From positions 1 to 35,795 of the forward strand of contig NW_021826280.1 of NCBI RefSeq assembly GCF_006345805.1: DNA of 35,795 nucleotides, read 5' to 3'. Positions 24,509 to 35,795 of this stretch are shown here, piece by piece. The notes beneath the pieces were generated by a model. It saw only the letters and a program-made list of their open reading frames with translations, was not told the origin of the DNA and did not search any database. The number at the start of each line of letters is the position of its first letter. Position 1 is the first letter of the stretch. The translations under genes were made by a program, and so were the position numbers. The stretch comes from Octopus sinensis. Taxonomy: Eukaryota.

Positions 24509-25269
24509 ATATATTATATATATATATATTCCTTTTTCTTGCTCCTCCTCTCTCACATTTCTTGGCCCTCTCTTTCTTTAACTCCCACTATTTCTCCTCC
24601 TTCTACATGACTGGTGTCCAGTTAGCCCCGATCTTTCTTTCTTGGCCTGACTGCTGACCATCAATACATCTTGTGTCCATCTCCCATATTTTTGCCTTTG
24701 GGCTTTCACTTCATACACGCCAACTCAATTTGATTCGTTCTCAGTCGAAAGATGCCTGTTGTTATTTCGTGTTGTTTGTATTAATAATTGCATTCCATGT
24801 TCTCTGTTTTTTTGTTTATCTGTTTTTTTGTCTTTGTTCCTGTACACATCTGCTAGCTTTCTTACAAAGGGGTCTAATGCTCTTAGCTTAGAATTTTTGG
24901 GGGCAACCAGATCGAACCATCTCAAGTATAACTGCCCGAAATGGTCGTGACTTCTGGGATTTGACTGATGAAAGAAAGCCAAGAATGACCCGTCTTTTTT
25001 TGCCTGTCCTTCTAATTGTTGTTTCTCTTGTTTACCTTTGTATCGTCTATCTGTCCGAATGTTTTAATGTCCTCTATTGCGCTTTTGTTCCATTTATATA
25101 TATATATATATATAGATATATATATATATATTACATACATATATATATATACACACAACACACACACACACACACACACTTTTATTTGCTTTATATATAA
25201 TATATATATATATAATATATATATTATATATATTATGTGAAATAGAAAGATGAATAATCTTGTAGTAGA

Positions 25270-25683
25270 TTAATCAAAAGTTTAACCGATACCTTAGTAG
25301 CAAAAACACAGCAGTAAACAGCATGGTTGGAGGTACAACCATATGGTGTTGCAACCGTGCGTTGGTGCGGATAATTGAAATTAAAACATTATTGGTGAAT
25401 TGAAGAAATGGAGCTGAATGCAGATTGAACAGAAATCGTTTTATTTCATTCGCCATGGGCTCTTAGGAGCATAGTTCGATTTGTTTTTGCTCCGCCTCTG
25501 TTCTGTTTTTGTTTTTCCAACGGATTTCCTATTTTCTTCCTGAAGAGAAAGACACAATATGGTCCCATTATTCAATCAGATTTTGGTAATTTGTGCCTTT
25601 CGAAACACGTGTAGAATGAAATAAAACGATTTCTGTTCAATCTGCGTTCAGCTCCATTTCTTCAATTCACCAATAATGTTTTA
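25270..25683 (+). mobile_element. Penelope-like pLTR fragment with 70-bp inverted duplication
   Basis: 25382-25451 is the reverse complement of 25614-25683 (1 mismatch). Contains the family-3 HHR; bounded by TA microsatellites. Left boundary approximate. Confidence 0.65.
25531..25622 (+). ncRNA. Type I hammerhead ribozyme, family 3
   Basis: AUUUUCUUC-CUGAAGA-GAAAGACACAA[loop]UUGUGCCUUUC-GAAA-C-ACGU-GUA^GAAUGAAAU. Palindromic ACACGUGU stem III; cleavage after 25613; one mismatch each in stems I and II. Confidence 0.75.
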
Positions 25684-25684
25684 T

Positions 25685-25715
<31 letters not shown>

Positions 25716-27179
25716 ATAATAAATATTAGAATAAATCCAAATTTACAGGGAAAAAAATCAGATTTATGATAAATCGATTTTATAGTAAAATATTATAAAA
25801 TATTATTCGAGACAAAACCACTATTTTGCAAAACAAACAAGGAAAGACTAATCAATACATAAATTTAATAAATAGTCAAAAAAACCGCCACTACAATCGT
25901 TTCTTGTCTTGATCGACAGAGAGAGAGAGAGAGAGAGAGAGAGCAAAGAATACAAGCATATTGCAAAGTCACAAATAGCCATCATGAAAATTATATGACA
26001 TGAAATACATATGAAAGCTGTAACAAAGCTTGTTTATGTATATACACCCACTTGCATTATCGTGATATATTCCAGAAATACTTATTAATTTATGTCTACA
26101 TGTATATGTATTTGTGTGTATGTGAGTGCCTATACGTGTGTGTGTGTGAGTGCCTGTACGTGTGTGTGTGTGTGTGTGTGTATATATGGAGCACGTTACG
26201 TATAGAGCTCTTGTATATAGTTGTATATAGTTGTGTGATTGACTTACATTTAATATACCATGGCATATGTGCACATGTGTATGCCTGGCATCCACAGAAA
26301 ATTTTGTGATTATTTTTATTTCAAACTGAAAGTACTGAGAATTAGTTAGATTTCCTCTGAGTGTTTAGTTAATTCACCCCTTCCTTTAGCAGATAGATTT
26401 AATCTCTGCTTCCAACTTTATCCTTCATCTTCTACTTGTATCACTATCTACAAATACACACTTAGTAAGGACCTTTGAAAAACATGTTACAGAATTACAA
26501 AAACTCAGTTATCTATAAACACCAGAGCCTTGACAAGGTCGCATACATTTTCAGAGAGATCATTTTCTGATTTTCATTCTAAAAATAATATATAAAGTGT
26601 TATGTTTATTTCTCTTTTGTTTGTTTAGTTCACTGTTTATTTATATCAGATTTGTCTGAAATCTGAAGCAATCTCTCTCATCATAATGATATAAACTAGC
26701 GAATTTATATATGTTTTTGCAAATGATTGTCATTTTATTCATCATCTAATGCCTGTTCTTCCATGGTTGCATTGGTTAGACAGTTCTGCCAGACCACATA
26801 TGTCACTATGCCACACCACATCAAACCACTCCGCTCCATCACCAGTCTACCTCACACTATATCAGAACTGAAGTGCAAAGTTGGGGCAACAATTTTGGTA
26901 ATTAGAGCATATCTAATTAGCTCAGAAACTTATATATGCTTGGATGTCTTTCTTTAATGCCACCCACAATATAAGAAGGAATAGATATAGAGAAATCTCA
27001 CATGAATCATACATCTAAGCTGACCTTACTCTAACTTGAAATTTAAGACTTTGGATCAAGATATAGAATTTATTTAGCTGTAATTGGCAATGGCCAGACA
27101 AAATAAATATGAATTAAATATCAAGTCTTTCTCATTCAATGCTTTTCATGGTATAGCCACAATTTGTAGAACAGTATCT

Positions 27180-27246
27180 CATCATCACTACCACTGCCAC
27201 CACCACCACTGCCGCCGCCGTCGCCACCGCCATGCTGCCACCATCG

Positions 27247-27278
<32 letters not shown>

Positions 27279-27640
27279 ATTATTTAACATTCAGTTTCCA
27301 TATTTGCAAGAGCTGGATGGTTTGACAAGGATGCAATGATTTGGACTGCATTGTGTTCCAGTGTCTGCCTGGGCATGGTTTCTATGGCTGGAGACCCTTC
27401 CTAACGCCAGCCATATTGCAGAGTGTACCAGGTGCTTTTTTTAATGTAGTACCAACACCAGTGAGATCACCAAGGAACTCACAAGACAAAAACCTCCTCA
27501 ACTGAATGAGGTGTAGTATTGAGGGAGATTGATTTATGCCAAGGGACGAGAGGTTAAAGAAGGATAAATGGAAACAGGTGCTTTGCTGTAAAGGTGATAT
27601 GTGGCTTGCTCATTTGGTAAAAAGAGACGATGACAAAAGT
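27180..27640 (-). mobile_element. Diverged RTE 3'-tail element
   Basis: (CAT)-like tail, then catggtttctatggctggagacccttcctaacgcca. Boundaries approximate. Confidence 0.7.
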
Positions 27641-27696
27641 GTGTTGGAGCAGAATGTCCTGTTTAGAAAATTATACCTATTTTCTGAATAGATAAA

Positions 27697-28094
27697 TCTT
27701 TATATATAAAAGTGAGGTTGTGTGCTGTCTGTGTCCTACGATTTAGATTCCTAACAACTCCCACATTTTGCGGTGCAGTGTAACCAAAAGCAGGTATCTT
27801 ATAGTCGTGATTCATATTGAGCCCTTCTGGGTATTAGTGCGCGTCTATGATGAGTCTATGATTTAAAAAAAAATTTACCATCATTTTTTCCCATTTTTAA
27901 TGCATTTTTTTGCTATTATATAAGGGAAGTAAATCTCTAAAAATGTATTATTAAATCTCAGAACATAAAAAGCTACAGTAACACCCCCCTTTGTGGTTAG
28001 CCATATTGAGATGGCTATTATACTTTACATCTCTAAAAATGCTTATATAGTTATTTCCCTTACAAACCCGAGCAATGCCGGGCGATACTTCTAG
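27697..28094 (+). mobile_element. Non-autonomous Helitron (398 bp)
   Basis: 5' TC(TTTATATATAAAA) preceded by A (27696). 3' hairpin CCCG-agcaatgc-CGGG at 28067-28082, 8-nt spacer, terminal CTAG at 28091-28094 followed by T. No TSD, matching the Helitron A|T insertion rule. Confidence 0.8.
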
Positions 28095-28142
28095 TTAGTT
28101 ATAACTCTTTATGAAGAATATCTTAAATTTTAAAATGAAACA

Positions 28143-28410
28143 GTCATCATCATCATCACCATCATTATCATCATCATCATCATCATCATCGTTTAACGTC
28201 CGTTTTCCATGCTGGCATGGGTTGGACTGTTGGACTGGGGTCTGTGAAGCCAGGAGGCTGCACCAGGCCCCAATCTGATCTGGCAGTGTTTCTACAGCTG
28301 GATACCCTTCCTAACGCCAACCACTCCGAGAGTGTAGTGGGTTCTTTCAACGTGCCACCTGCACAGGGGCCAGAGGAGCTGGCATCGACCACGATTGGAT
28401 GGTACCATCA
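28143..28410 (-). mobile_element. RTE 3'-tail element
   Basis: (CAT)n gtttaacgtccgttttccatgctggcatggg...cttcctaacgccaaccactccgagagtgtagtggg. Confidence 0.82.
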
Positions 28411-29862
28411 GTAGAAAACATATTCTTTGACAATTGGATTGAGTTTTATGAGTTCTATTTCTTTAATCAATCTTCTAGACCAAATTAAGTTTATAAGAGA
28501 GATAGGGCATACTTCCTTGAAATGATAATTGTATTAATTATATCAGCCTCCATTCAGAGCTGGTGCTGAGAAATGTGATGCCCAATTAGAGAATTGTCAG
28601 TGGGACCCTCTACTCTAAATAATCTGAAGATTAATGTTTTATGCTTTGTGTAGGTCGCTAGGCCCAACTAAAAAGTGTTGAGGGCTTGAGGCTCCACCGT
28701 CAGTCACAAGGACTTACTAAAAATTCAGTGTAGCGTTTTCTGCTTGAGCGTGTGCATGGGGGTCCTCTCTTGGTGTGGGTCCCAATTTGAAGAAATCTGT
28801 CTAAATTACTTCAAACCAGTTCTGAACCCATTATTTGGAGGATGGCTGAATGACAAGTCAAATCTGTACCAAAAAAAAAAAAAATAAAAAACCATGCGCA
28901 ACAGACAAGCTTTATATGGTTCGACGAACTGGATATTGTAGACAAAATATGGAGGCTAGCAACCTGAATTCTTAGATATCTTTGCAACAGTTGTGGCTTC
29001 TTTATATATGGCTTTCTGAAACGGGAAAAAAAAATGAATAAACAAAAATAAAATAAAACAATAAAACATAAAACCAATTGTTAAAATATTCCTTTGCAAG
29101 GAAAGGGTGTTAAAAAAAAAATAGAGAAGAAAAAAAAAGACATTATTTCTGATAGATGTAAGAATTGTTATACTTACTATGGTAAAAAATAAAATTAATG
29201 AAACACATAAGTTACAAGAACTGCAAGAAGCAGAACTCATTCTACTATCTGCCAACAGTGTATTATTACTACTACTACTACTACTACTATTATTATTATT
29301 ATTATTATTATCATTATTATTATTATTATTATTATTATTAAATTCTTGTTTTACTTTCCAGGATTAATTTATTTTATTTTGTTGTTGTTTTTCTTCGTTT
29401 CTCATTTTTATATATTTAATTGCTTATTTTCCGTTCCTTTTTTTTTTTTTGTCATCTTACATCTCATTTTATTTATTTCCTTATCACCCTCACATCTCTT
29501 TTTCTCTCTTCTTGGTGCTGAGGTTCAAAATGATACAGAGAAAGATTTGTAAAATTTCTTTTTTTTCTCTCTCTCTTTTTTTTTTTTTTTAGCTGTTTTC
29601 AGAAATATTTTGGATATAAATCATGAAAGCAGTTTTATTTGTTGAGTTGAGTGAAAAAAAAAAGCAAAAAAAAAAACATAAAAATAGTTCCTTTCCATTC
29701 TACAATACTAATGGTCTTGACATATCACGTAGGTCACATTTCTTTAATTGGGACAGAAGAAATTCTAAAGAAAATCGGCATTAAAACAAAAAAATTGAAA
29801 AATAAAAAAGCGCATTAAAAAATTGTCTGAAGAACTAACAACAAAATCTAAATCTGACATGA

Positions 29863-29919
<57 letters not shown>

Positions 29920-30122
29920 TATGCATATATGTGTGTATGTGTGCACGTATCTATGTATGTATTATCTATGTATGTATGTAAGTGCATACATTTCTTTAGT
30001 TTTGGTTTTATTTAAAACATTTCTCACCAGTGGAGAGAAAGCTAGTTTCTAACCTAGAAACAAGACAACTTTTATTGTCGTCTATATGACATCAAACAGA
30101 ATAGTCTTATATATATATATGT

Positions 30123-30433
30123 GAGGGTGCGTGGCTTAGTGGTTAGGGCATTCGGCTCATGATCGTAAGGTTGTGAGTTCGATTCCCGGCGACGCGTTGT
30201 GTCCTTGAGTAAGACACTTTATTTCACGTTGCTCCAGTCCACTCAGCTGGCAAAAATGAGTTGTACTTGTATTTCAAAGAGTCAGCCTTGTCACTCTCTG
30301 TGTCATGCTGATTATCCCCGAGAACTACGTTAAGGGTACACGTGTCTGTGGAATGCTCAGCCATTTGCACGTTAATTTCACGAGCAAGCTGTTCGTATCA
30401 GCTGGGACCCTCGTCGTTGTAACCGGCAGAGTC
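30123..30433 (+). mobile_element. tRNA-derived SINE family B, longer copy
   Basis: A-box (tggcttagtgg), B-box (gagttcgattcc) and the shared core with 9033-9180. 3' boundary approximate. Confidence 0.8.
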
Positions 30434-30458
30434 TTTAAAATATATATATATATATATA

Positions 30459-30711
30459 CTCTCTCTTTACTATTTTACTTGTTTCAGTCATTTGACTGTG
30501 GCCATGCTGGAGCCCTGCCTTCAGTCAAGCAAATCGACCCCAGGACTTATTCTTTGTTAGCCTAGTACTTATTCTATCGGTCTCTTTTGCCAAACCGCTG
30601 AGTTACGGGAATGTAAACACACCAGCATCGGTTGTCAATCGATGTTGGGGAGACAAACACACACACAAACATATACACACACATACATACATATATATAC
30701 ATGTTTATATA

Positions 30712-30750
<39 letters not shown>

Positions 30751-30919
30751 AATATATACGATGGGCTTCTTTCAGTTTCTGTCTACCAAATCCACTCACT
30801 AGGCTTTGGTCAGTCTGAGGCTATAGTAGAAGACACTTGCCCAAGGTGCCACGCAGTGGGAATGAACCCAAAACTATGTGGTTCATAAGCAAGCTACTTG
30901 CCACAGTGCCACTCCTTTG

Positions 30920-30921
<2 letters not shown>
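30459..30921 (-). mobile_element. SINE family A, full length
   Basis: Reverse-complement homology to 10477-10890. Confidence 0.88.
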
Positions 30922-30958
<37 letters not shown>

Positions 30959-31317
30959 TTGTGTGTATGGATATATGTATACACTTTTATGTATGTTCAT
31001 ATGTACAGACAGACTTGGGTATGGATGGAGTTGCTTGTATTAGTCTTACTACATACTGAATTTCATGAATGTTTCACATATTTTAACAGTACCTTTGCCA
31101 ACTTGGCACTGTTATCTTCTGATTAGGTATATTCTTTCCAGTTTTGTGAATCCCATCGCTAAACATTAATACTGAGGCACTAGAATATGTGTTCCAACAA
31201 ACTGTAATTTAGTGATTCAGCAAAAAGAATATATACTAGGCTTACATAGAATAAGTCTTGGGGCCGATTTCTTTAACTAAAACCCTCTAAGGCCATGCTC
31301 CAGGATGGCTGCATTCT

Positions 31318-31935
31318 GTTGACCATGCTGGTATAGGTTGGATGGTTTGACTGAGCTGGTAAACTAGAAGGCTGTACCAGACACTAGTCTGATTTGACAT
31401 GGTTTCTATGACTGGATGCCCTTCCTGACACCAATCACTCCAAGAGTGTAATGGGTGTTTTTATGTGGCATCAGCATGGGTACCATTTGCATGACACTGG
31501 TATCTGCCATGACTGTGATTTTGCTCAGCTTGATGGGTCTTCTTCTCAAGCATGACATAATGCTAAAGGTCTTGGTCATTGCCTCCGTGAGGCCCAACGC
31601 TCAAAAGGAACTCAATTACTTTGCCTCCATGAGGCCCAACTCCTGAAAGAAACTCAACTACTTTGTCTCCTTGAGGTCCATCACTCAAAAGGAACTCAGC
31701 CACTTTGCCTCCATGATGCCCAACTCTTGAAAGGAACTCAACCACTTTGCCTCCATGAGGCCCAGCGCTAGAAAGGAACTCAACCACTTAGCCTCCGTGA
31801 GGCCCAGTACTCAAAATGAGCCCTTTACGTGCCACCAGCAAGGGTGCCAGTTACGTGATACTAACATCAGCCATGACTACGATTTCACTTGGATTGATGG
31901 GTCTTCGGCAGCACAGCATATCACCAAAGGTCTTA
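31318..31935 (-). mobile_element. RTE 3' fragment with internal 42-bp tandem expansion, inserted in a family A SINE 3' end (31225-31320 and 31935-32060)
   Basis: ctggatgcccttcctgacaccaatcactcc and gcacagcatatcaccaaaggtct shared with the RTE at 23065-24055. Confidence 0.7.
31581..31815. repeat. 42-bp minisatellite, about 6 copies
   Basis: gcctcc/gtctcc at 31581, 31623, 31665, 31707, 31749 and 31791. Confidence 0.92.
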
Positions 31936-32679
31936 TAAAGACTTATAAATAAAAGTATTGGGGTCAATTCGTTTGACTCAAAATTCTTTGAGGTAGTGCC
32001 CCAGCATGACCACCATCGTATGACTGAGACAAGTGAACGATAAAAGATAGAAGATAAAAAAAATATACGTATTTATGGATTTAATCTGTATGTATAATAA
32101 ATTTCTATTTGTCATATCATTTTATACAACATTTTAAAGTTCATAGTTGCTTTATTGGACATACTTTAATATGTTCGGGTTTCATGGATTATGCTCGTCA
32201 GTTATAAGTATGTTTTTGTCAAAGATTAAGCAGCCAATGTTTCATTGAAATTCCATTGCATCTGTATTTGATGAACACTCTTCTTGACATTGAATAGAAA
32301 TCTAATAACAGAATTAATGTAGCCATTGTTTATTTCAATTTACAACATTTCAATTATTTCCCAACACGACTCACTCTTTTTATGGTCTGGCATATAAATA
32401 CAATACTAGTTATTGGATTTGTTTTCCCCTTTCTGTTATTTAGAAATTCATTGCTACCAGCCCAAGTTCTGCCTTTAGCAGCAGCGGCAGCAGTGGCAGC
32501 AGCAACGACAGCAACAGCAGCAGCAGTAGTATGTGTTTATTTTTAGAGTTTTACTTAAATTATATCTACATACGACTGTTTGTGTCATTAATACAGCGTT
32601 GGACTTGGTTATGCTTGAACATTATTGTCAACGCCCAATGCATAAGTGAATTTCATGATGGGGCTCATTTTCCAATTGT

Positions 32680-32682
32680 CCC

Positions 32683-32733
<51 letters not shown>

Positions 32734-32740
32734 TGCATAC

Positions 32741-32777
<37 letters not shown>

Positions 32778-33053
32778 TATATATTATATATTATACATAC
32801 ATATATATGTATGCATGGGTGTGTGTATATATGTAATATTGTATATAATATATATATATATATATATATAAATATGTATCTATATCTATATCTATATCTA
32901 TCTATCTATCTATCTATCTATCTACTATCTATATATATATATATATATATAGATATAGAGATATGCACATATAAGTACATATATATGTATAAAACATATT
33001 TATGTATATATTATATCTATATAAATATTTACATATATGTATATATATATATG

Positions 33054-33100
<47 letters not shown>

Positions 33101-33140
33101 TATATAACTATTATATATTAATATAGATATACATATATAC
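32680..33140. repeat. (TA)n / (TATC)n compound microsatellite
   Basis: Direct inspection. Similar tracts at 2230-2440, 2530-2695, 5045-5245, 8825-9030, 19320-19640, 24385-24530, 25095-25235 and 29865-29915. Confidence 0.95.
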
Positions 33141-33364
33141 GAACATACCTCCTTGTATATGTGTGTGGTGTGTGTGGTGAGTGTGGTCTTATATATGTCT
33201 TTATGAATGTTAATATCTGTTTATGTGGATGTGGATGTATAAAATTTTCATTTTTTTTTACTTCCCTTTTATTATTATTTTCCTTTTTCTGTTTCTACAA
33301 GCAACTATATGCACTTTAAAGAATTACTCTTTCCATTCTGTTTTGTTTATCAAAGAGAGAAATT

Positions 33365-33680
33365 AATAAGAATAACAATAACAACTGCTATAATAATAAT
33401 GATAATGATGATGATGATGATGTTGATGATGATGATGATGATGATGATAACAAAAATAATAATGATAATAATAATGATTATAACGATAATAATGATGATG
33501 ATGATAATGATCATGATCATAATCATGATAATAATAATGATAATAGTAGTAGTAGTAGTAGTAGTAGTGTAGTAGTAATAATAATAATAATAATAATAAT
33601 ATAATAATATAATAATAATAATAATAATAATAACAACAACAACAAGAATAATTATCATAATAATAATGATAATATTAAAT
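33365..33680. repeat. (AAT)/(GAT)/(AGT) compound microsatellite
   Basis: Direct inspection. Confidence 0.95.
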
Positions 33681-34059
33681 AATGGTAATCACTGACATTC
33701 AGAACATTCATTGGCGGGGACAATTCCGCCAGCAAACCCATCAGTTTAATTACCAATGTTATTATTAGTATTATTACTATTGTCACCCCTCACAACACAC
33801 ATTTTTTGTTTTGTCCTGTGCTGTCCACAATGTTTTTCTTAATGTAAACCCTTGTGGTTAATAAAGAAATCCTTATTGTTGCTGTTGTTTTTTGTTGTTG
33901 TTGTTGCTGTTGTTGTTCATTCTCTTCGGCTGGTTCTGCTGCCAAAATTTCAAACTCCACAACCAGTAATAATAATAACAAGTGCAAGCTCACTAATGGA
34001 AATACCACCCACTCTCACAGAACTATTATCTTTATGGTTATTAACGCCCTGATGACAGA

Positions 34060-34910
34060 AGTGGTGGTGGTGGTGGTGGTGGTGGTGGTGGTGGTGGCAG
34101 TGGTGGTGATGGTGGTGGTTCTAGTGGTGGAATGCTATTGGTGGTGGTGGTTTTGGTGATAGTGGTGGTGGTGGTGGTGGTTGTGATGGTGGTGCTAGGG
34201 GGATGCCATTGGTTGTGGAAGTGTTGATGGTGATGGTGGTGGGATGATGGTGGTGATGGTGGTAGTCGTGGTGGTGGTGGTTCTAGTGGGGGGGATGCCA
34301 GTGGTGGTGGAAGTGTTGGTGGTGGTGGTTCTAGTGAGATAATGCCATTGGTGGTGGAAGTGTTGGGGTGGGGTGATGGGGGTGGTTATGGTGGTTGTGG
34401 TGGTGGTTTTAGTGGGGGGTGTCATTAGTGGTGAAAGTGTTGGTGATGGTGATGGTGGTGGTGATGGTAGTGTTGGCAGTGATACTAGCAGCAGCAGCAA
34501 CGATGACTACAATGTTGATGATGATGATGATGATGATGATCATCATCATCATCATCATCATCATCATCTCAACTTCCTTCTTCACAATTACTACTCCTTC
34601 CATCATCACCATTGCCAACATCTCTCACATTTAATTATTTTGTTCCTCATTTCCAGCATCATTATCTTAATCAGCTGCAAAAAGAAAAACCAGCAAGCAG
34701 CACCATTTTGCAGATCATCTGCAATCATCATATTAAGATTATTCTTATCATCATCATCATCGTCATCATCATCATCATCATCATCATCATCACCACCATC
34801 ACCATCTTCATCATCATCATCATCATCATATCATCATCATCATCTTCATCGTCATCATCATCATCATCATCATCATTATCATCATCGTTATCAGCGGCAT
34901 CACCATTATG
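34060..34910. repeat. (GGT)n tract followed by (GAT)n/(CAT)n tracts
   Basis: Direct inspection; (GAT)n switches directly to its complement (CAT)n near 34540. Confidence 0.92.
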
Positions 34911-35172
34911 TCATCGCCCTTGCGTATCTAATCTCTGACTGTCATCACCCTTGCCTTTCCTAATTACAGATATTTTTCTGATGTAGAATTTTGCTGTTTT
35001 TAGTAACCCTGGAAAAATATATATATTCTATATTACTAAACAACAACAACAACAACTCGCTGGTGCTCAACCGAACGGCTTTGATGCAAAAGGGGGGGGG
35101 TGCTGGTAAAAGCAACTGGTCTGTTTCAAAATACTCACAGTCATCGCTGTCATTGTCATTATTATCATATAT

Positions 35173-35552
35173 AGACACAGGAGTGGCTGTGTGGTAAGTA
35201 GCTTGCTTACCAACCACATGGTTCCGGGTTCAGTCCCACTGTGTGGCACCTTGGGCAAGTGTCTTCTACTATAGCCTCGGGCTGACCAAAGCCTTGTGAG
35301 TGGATTTGGTAGACGGAAACTGGAAGAAGCCCGTCGTATGTTTGTGTGTCTGTGTTTGTCGCCCCCAACATCGCTTAACGACCAATGCTGGTGTGTTTAC
35401 GTCCTCGTAACTTAGTGATTTGGCAAAAGTGACCGATAGAATTAGTACTAAGCTTACAAAGAATAAGCTCTGGGATTAATTTGCTCGACTAAAGGCGGTG
35501 CTCCAGCATGGCCACAGTCAAATGACTGAAACAAGTAAAAAGAGTAAAAGAG
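35173..35552 (+). mobile_element. SINE family A, full length, lacking the internal (TA)n
   Basis: Homology to 10477-10890. Confidence 0.9.
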
Positions 35553-35567
35553 ATATATATCATCATT

Positions 35568-35795
35568 GTCATCCGTCATCAGCATCATCGTCATCATCAG
35601 CATCAGCATCAGCAGCAGTGGTAGCAGCAGCAATAGCGGAAGCAGTGGTGGCAGCAGCAGCAGTGGCAGCAGCAATAGCAGCAGCGTGATCACTGTCTTC
35701 ATTGTCATTATCATCATCATCATCACCACCACCACCGCCACCACCACCACCACCACCACCACCACTACCACCACCAGCATCATCATCATCATCAT
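35568..35795. repeat. (CAT)/(CAG)/(CAC) compound microsatellite
   Basis: Direct inspection. Confidence 0.92.

Noticed and set aside
24880-24990. Possible decayed hammerhead (GGGCA...TGCCC-GAAA-TGGTCGTG) and a nearby CTGATGA
   Set aside because: No CUGANGA in register before stem II, a non-cleavable G at position 17, and the downstream CTGATGA has no matching stem II or GAAA.
28554-28790. Possible hAT/MITE-like piece with gggaccc/gggtccc inverted motifs
   Set aside because: No convincing terminal inverted repeats or TSD could be defined.
28880-29030. Minus-strand KPYIKKP after a strong acceptor, reminiscent of the TCF/LEF HMG-box start (KPHIKKPLNAF)
   Set aside because: The following residues (QLLQRYLRIQ) do not match the HMG box; treated as chance.
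33790-34008. 72-aa minus ORF with a hydrophobic N-terminus and poly-Q
   Set aside because: Both segments derive from (TAT)/(TTG) microsatellites; no other support.
34195-34963. 196-aa and overlapping ORFs with poly-V/D/H/S
   Set aside because: Translations of (GGT)n/(GAT)n/(CAT)n microsatellites.

Overview
AT-rich eukaryotic non-coding DNA packed with microsatellites, most likely octopus (inferred from recall of the SINE/LINE families; not database-checked). No intact protein-coding gene is supported. Nearly all ORFs in the track are translations of (TA)n, (CA)n, (GAT)n, (TAT)n or (GGT)n tracts. The only recognisable coding remnants are an RTE-clade and a CR1/L2-like LINE ORF2 fragment. The rest is at least three tRNA-derived SINE families, RTE 3'-tail repeats with internal minisatellites, and one non-autonomous Helitron with exact termini. 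The main result is a set of unrelated hammerhead-ribozyme (HHR) elements sitting in microsatellites. (1) A ~360-bp tandem array at 2693-3995 has three intact type I HHRs with a non-canonical but compensatory U3-A8 core, a palindromic mini stem III, and a fold-back inverted fourth copy; it looks like a retrozyme or Penelope-type repeat that could yield ~360-nt circular RNAs. (2) A second complete HHR lies at 8516-8619 within a 484-bp repeat unit. (3) A third lies at 25531-25622, with an inverted duplication that stops exactly at the predicted cleavage site. HHR half-motifs occur at two further sites. All ribozyme calls come from manual folding; activity is untested.
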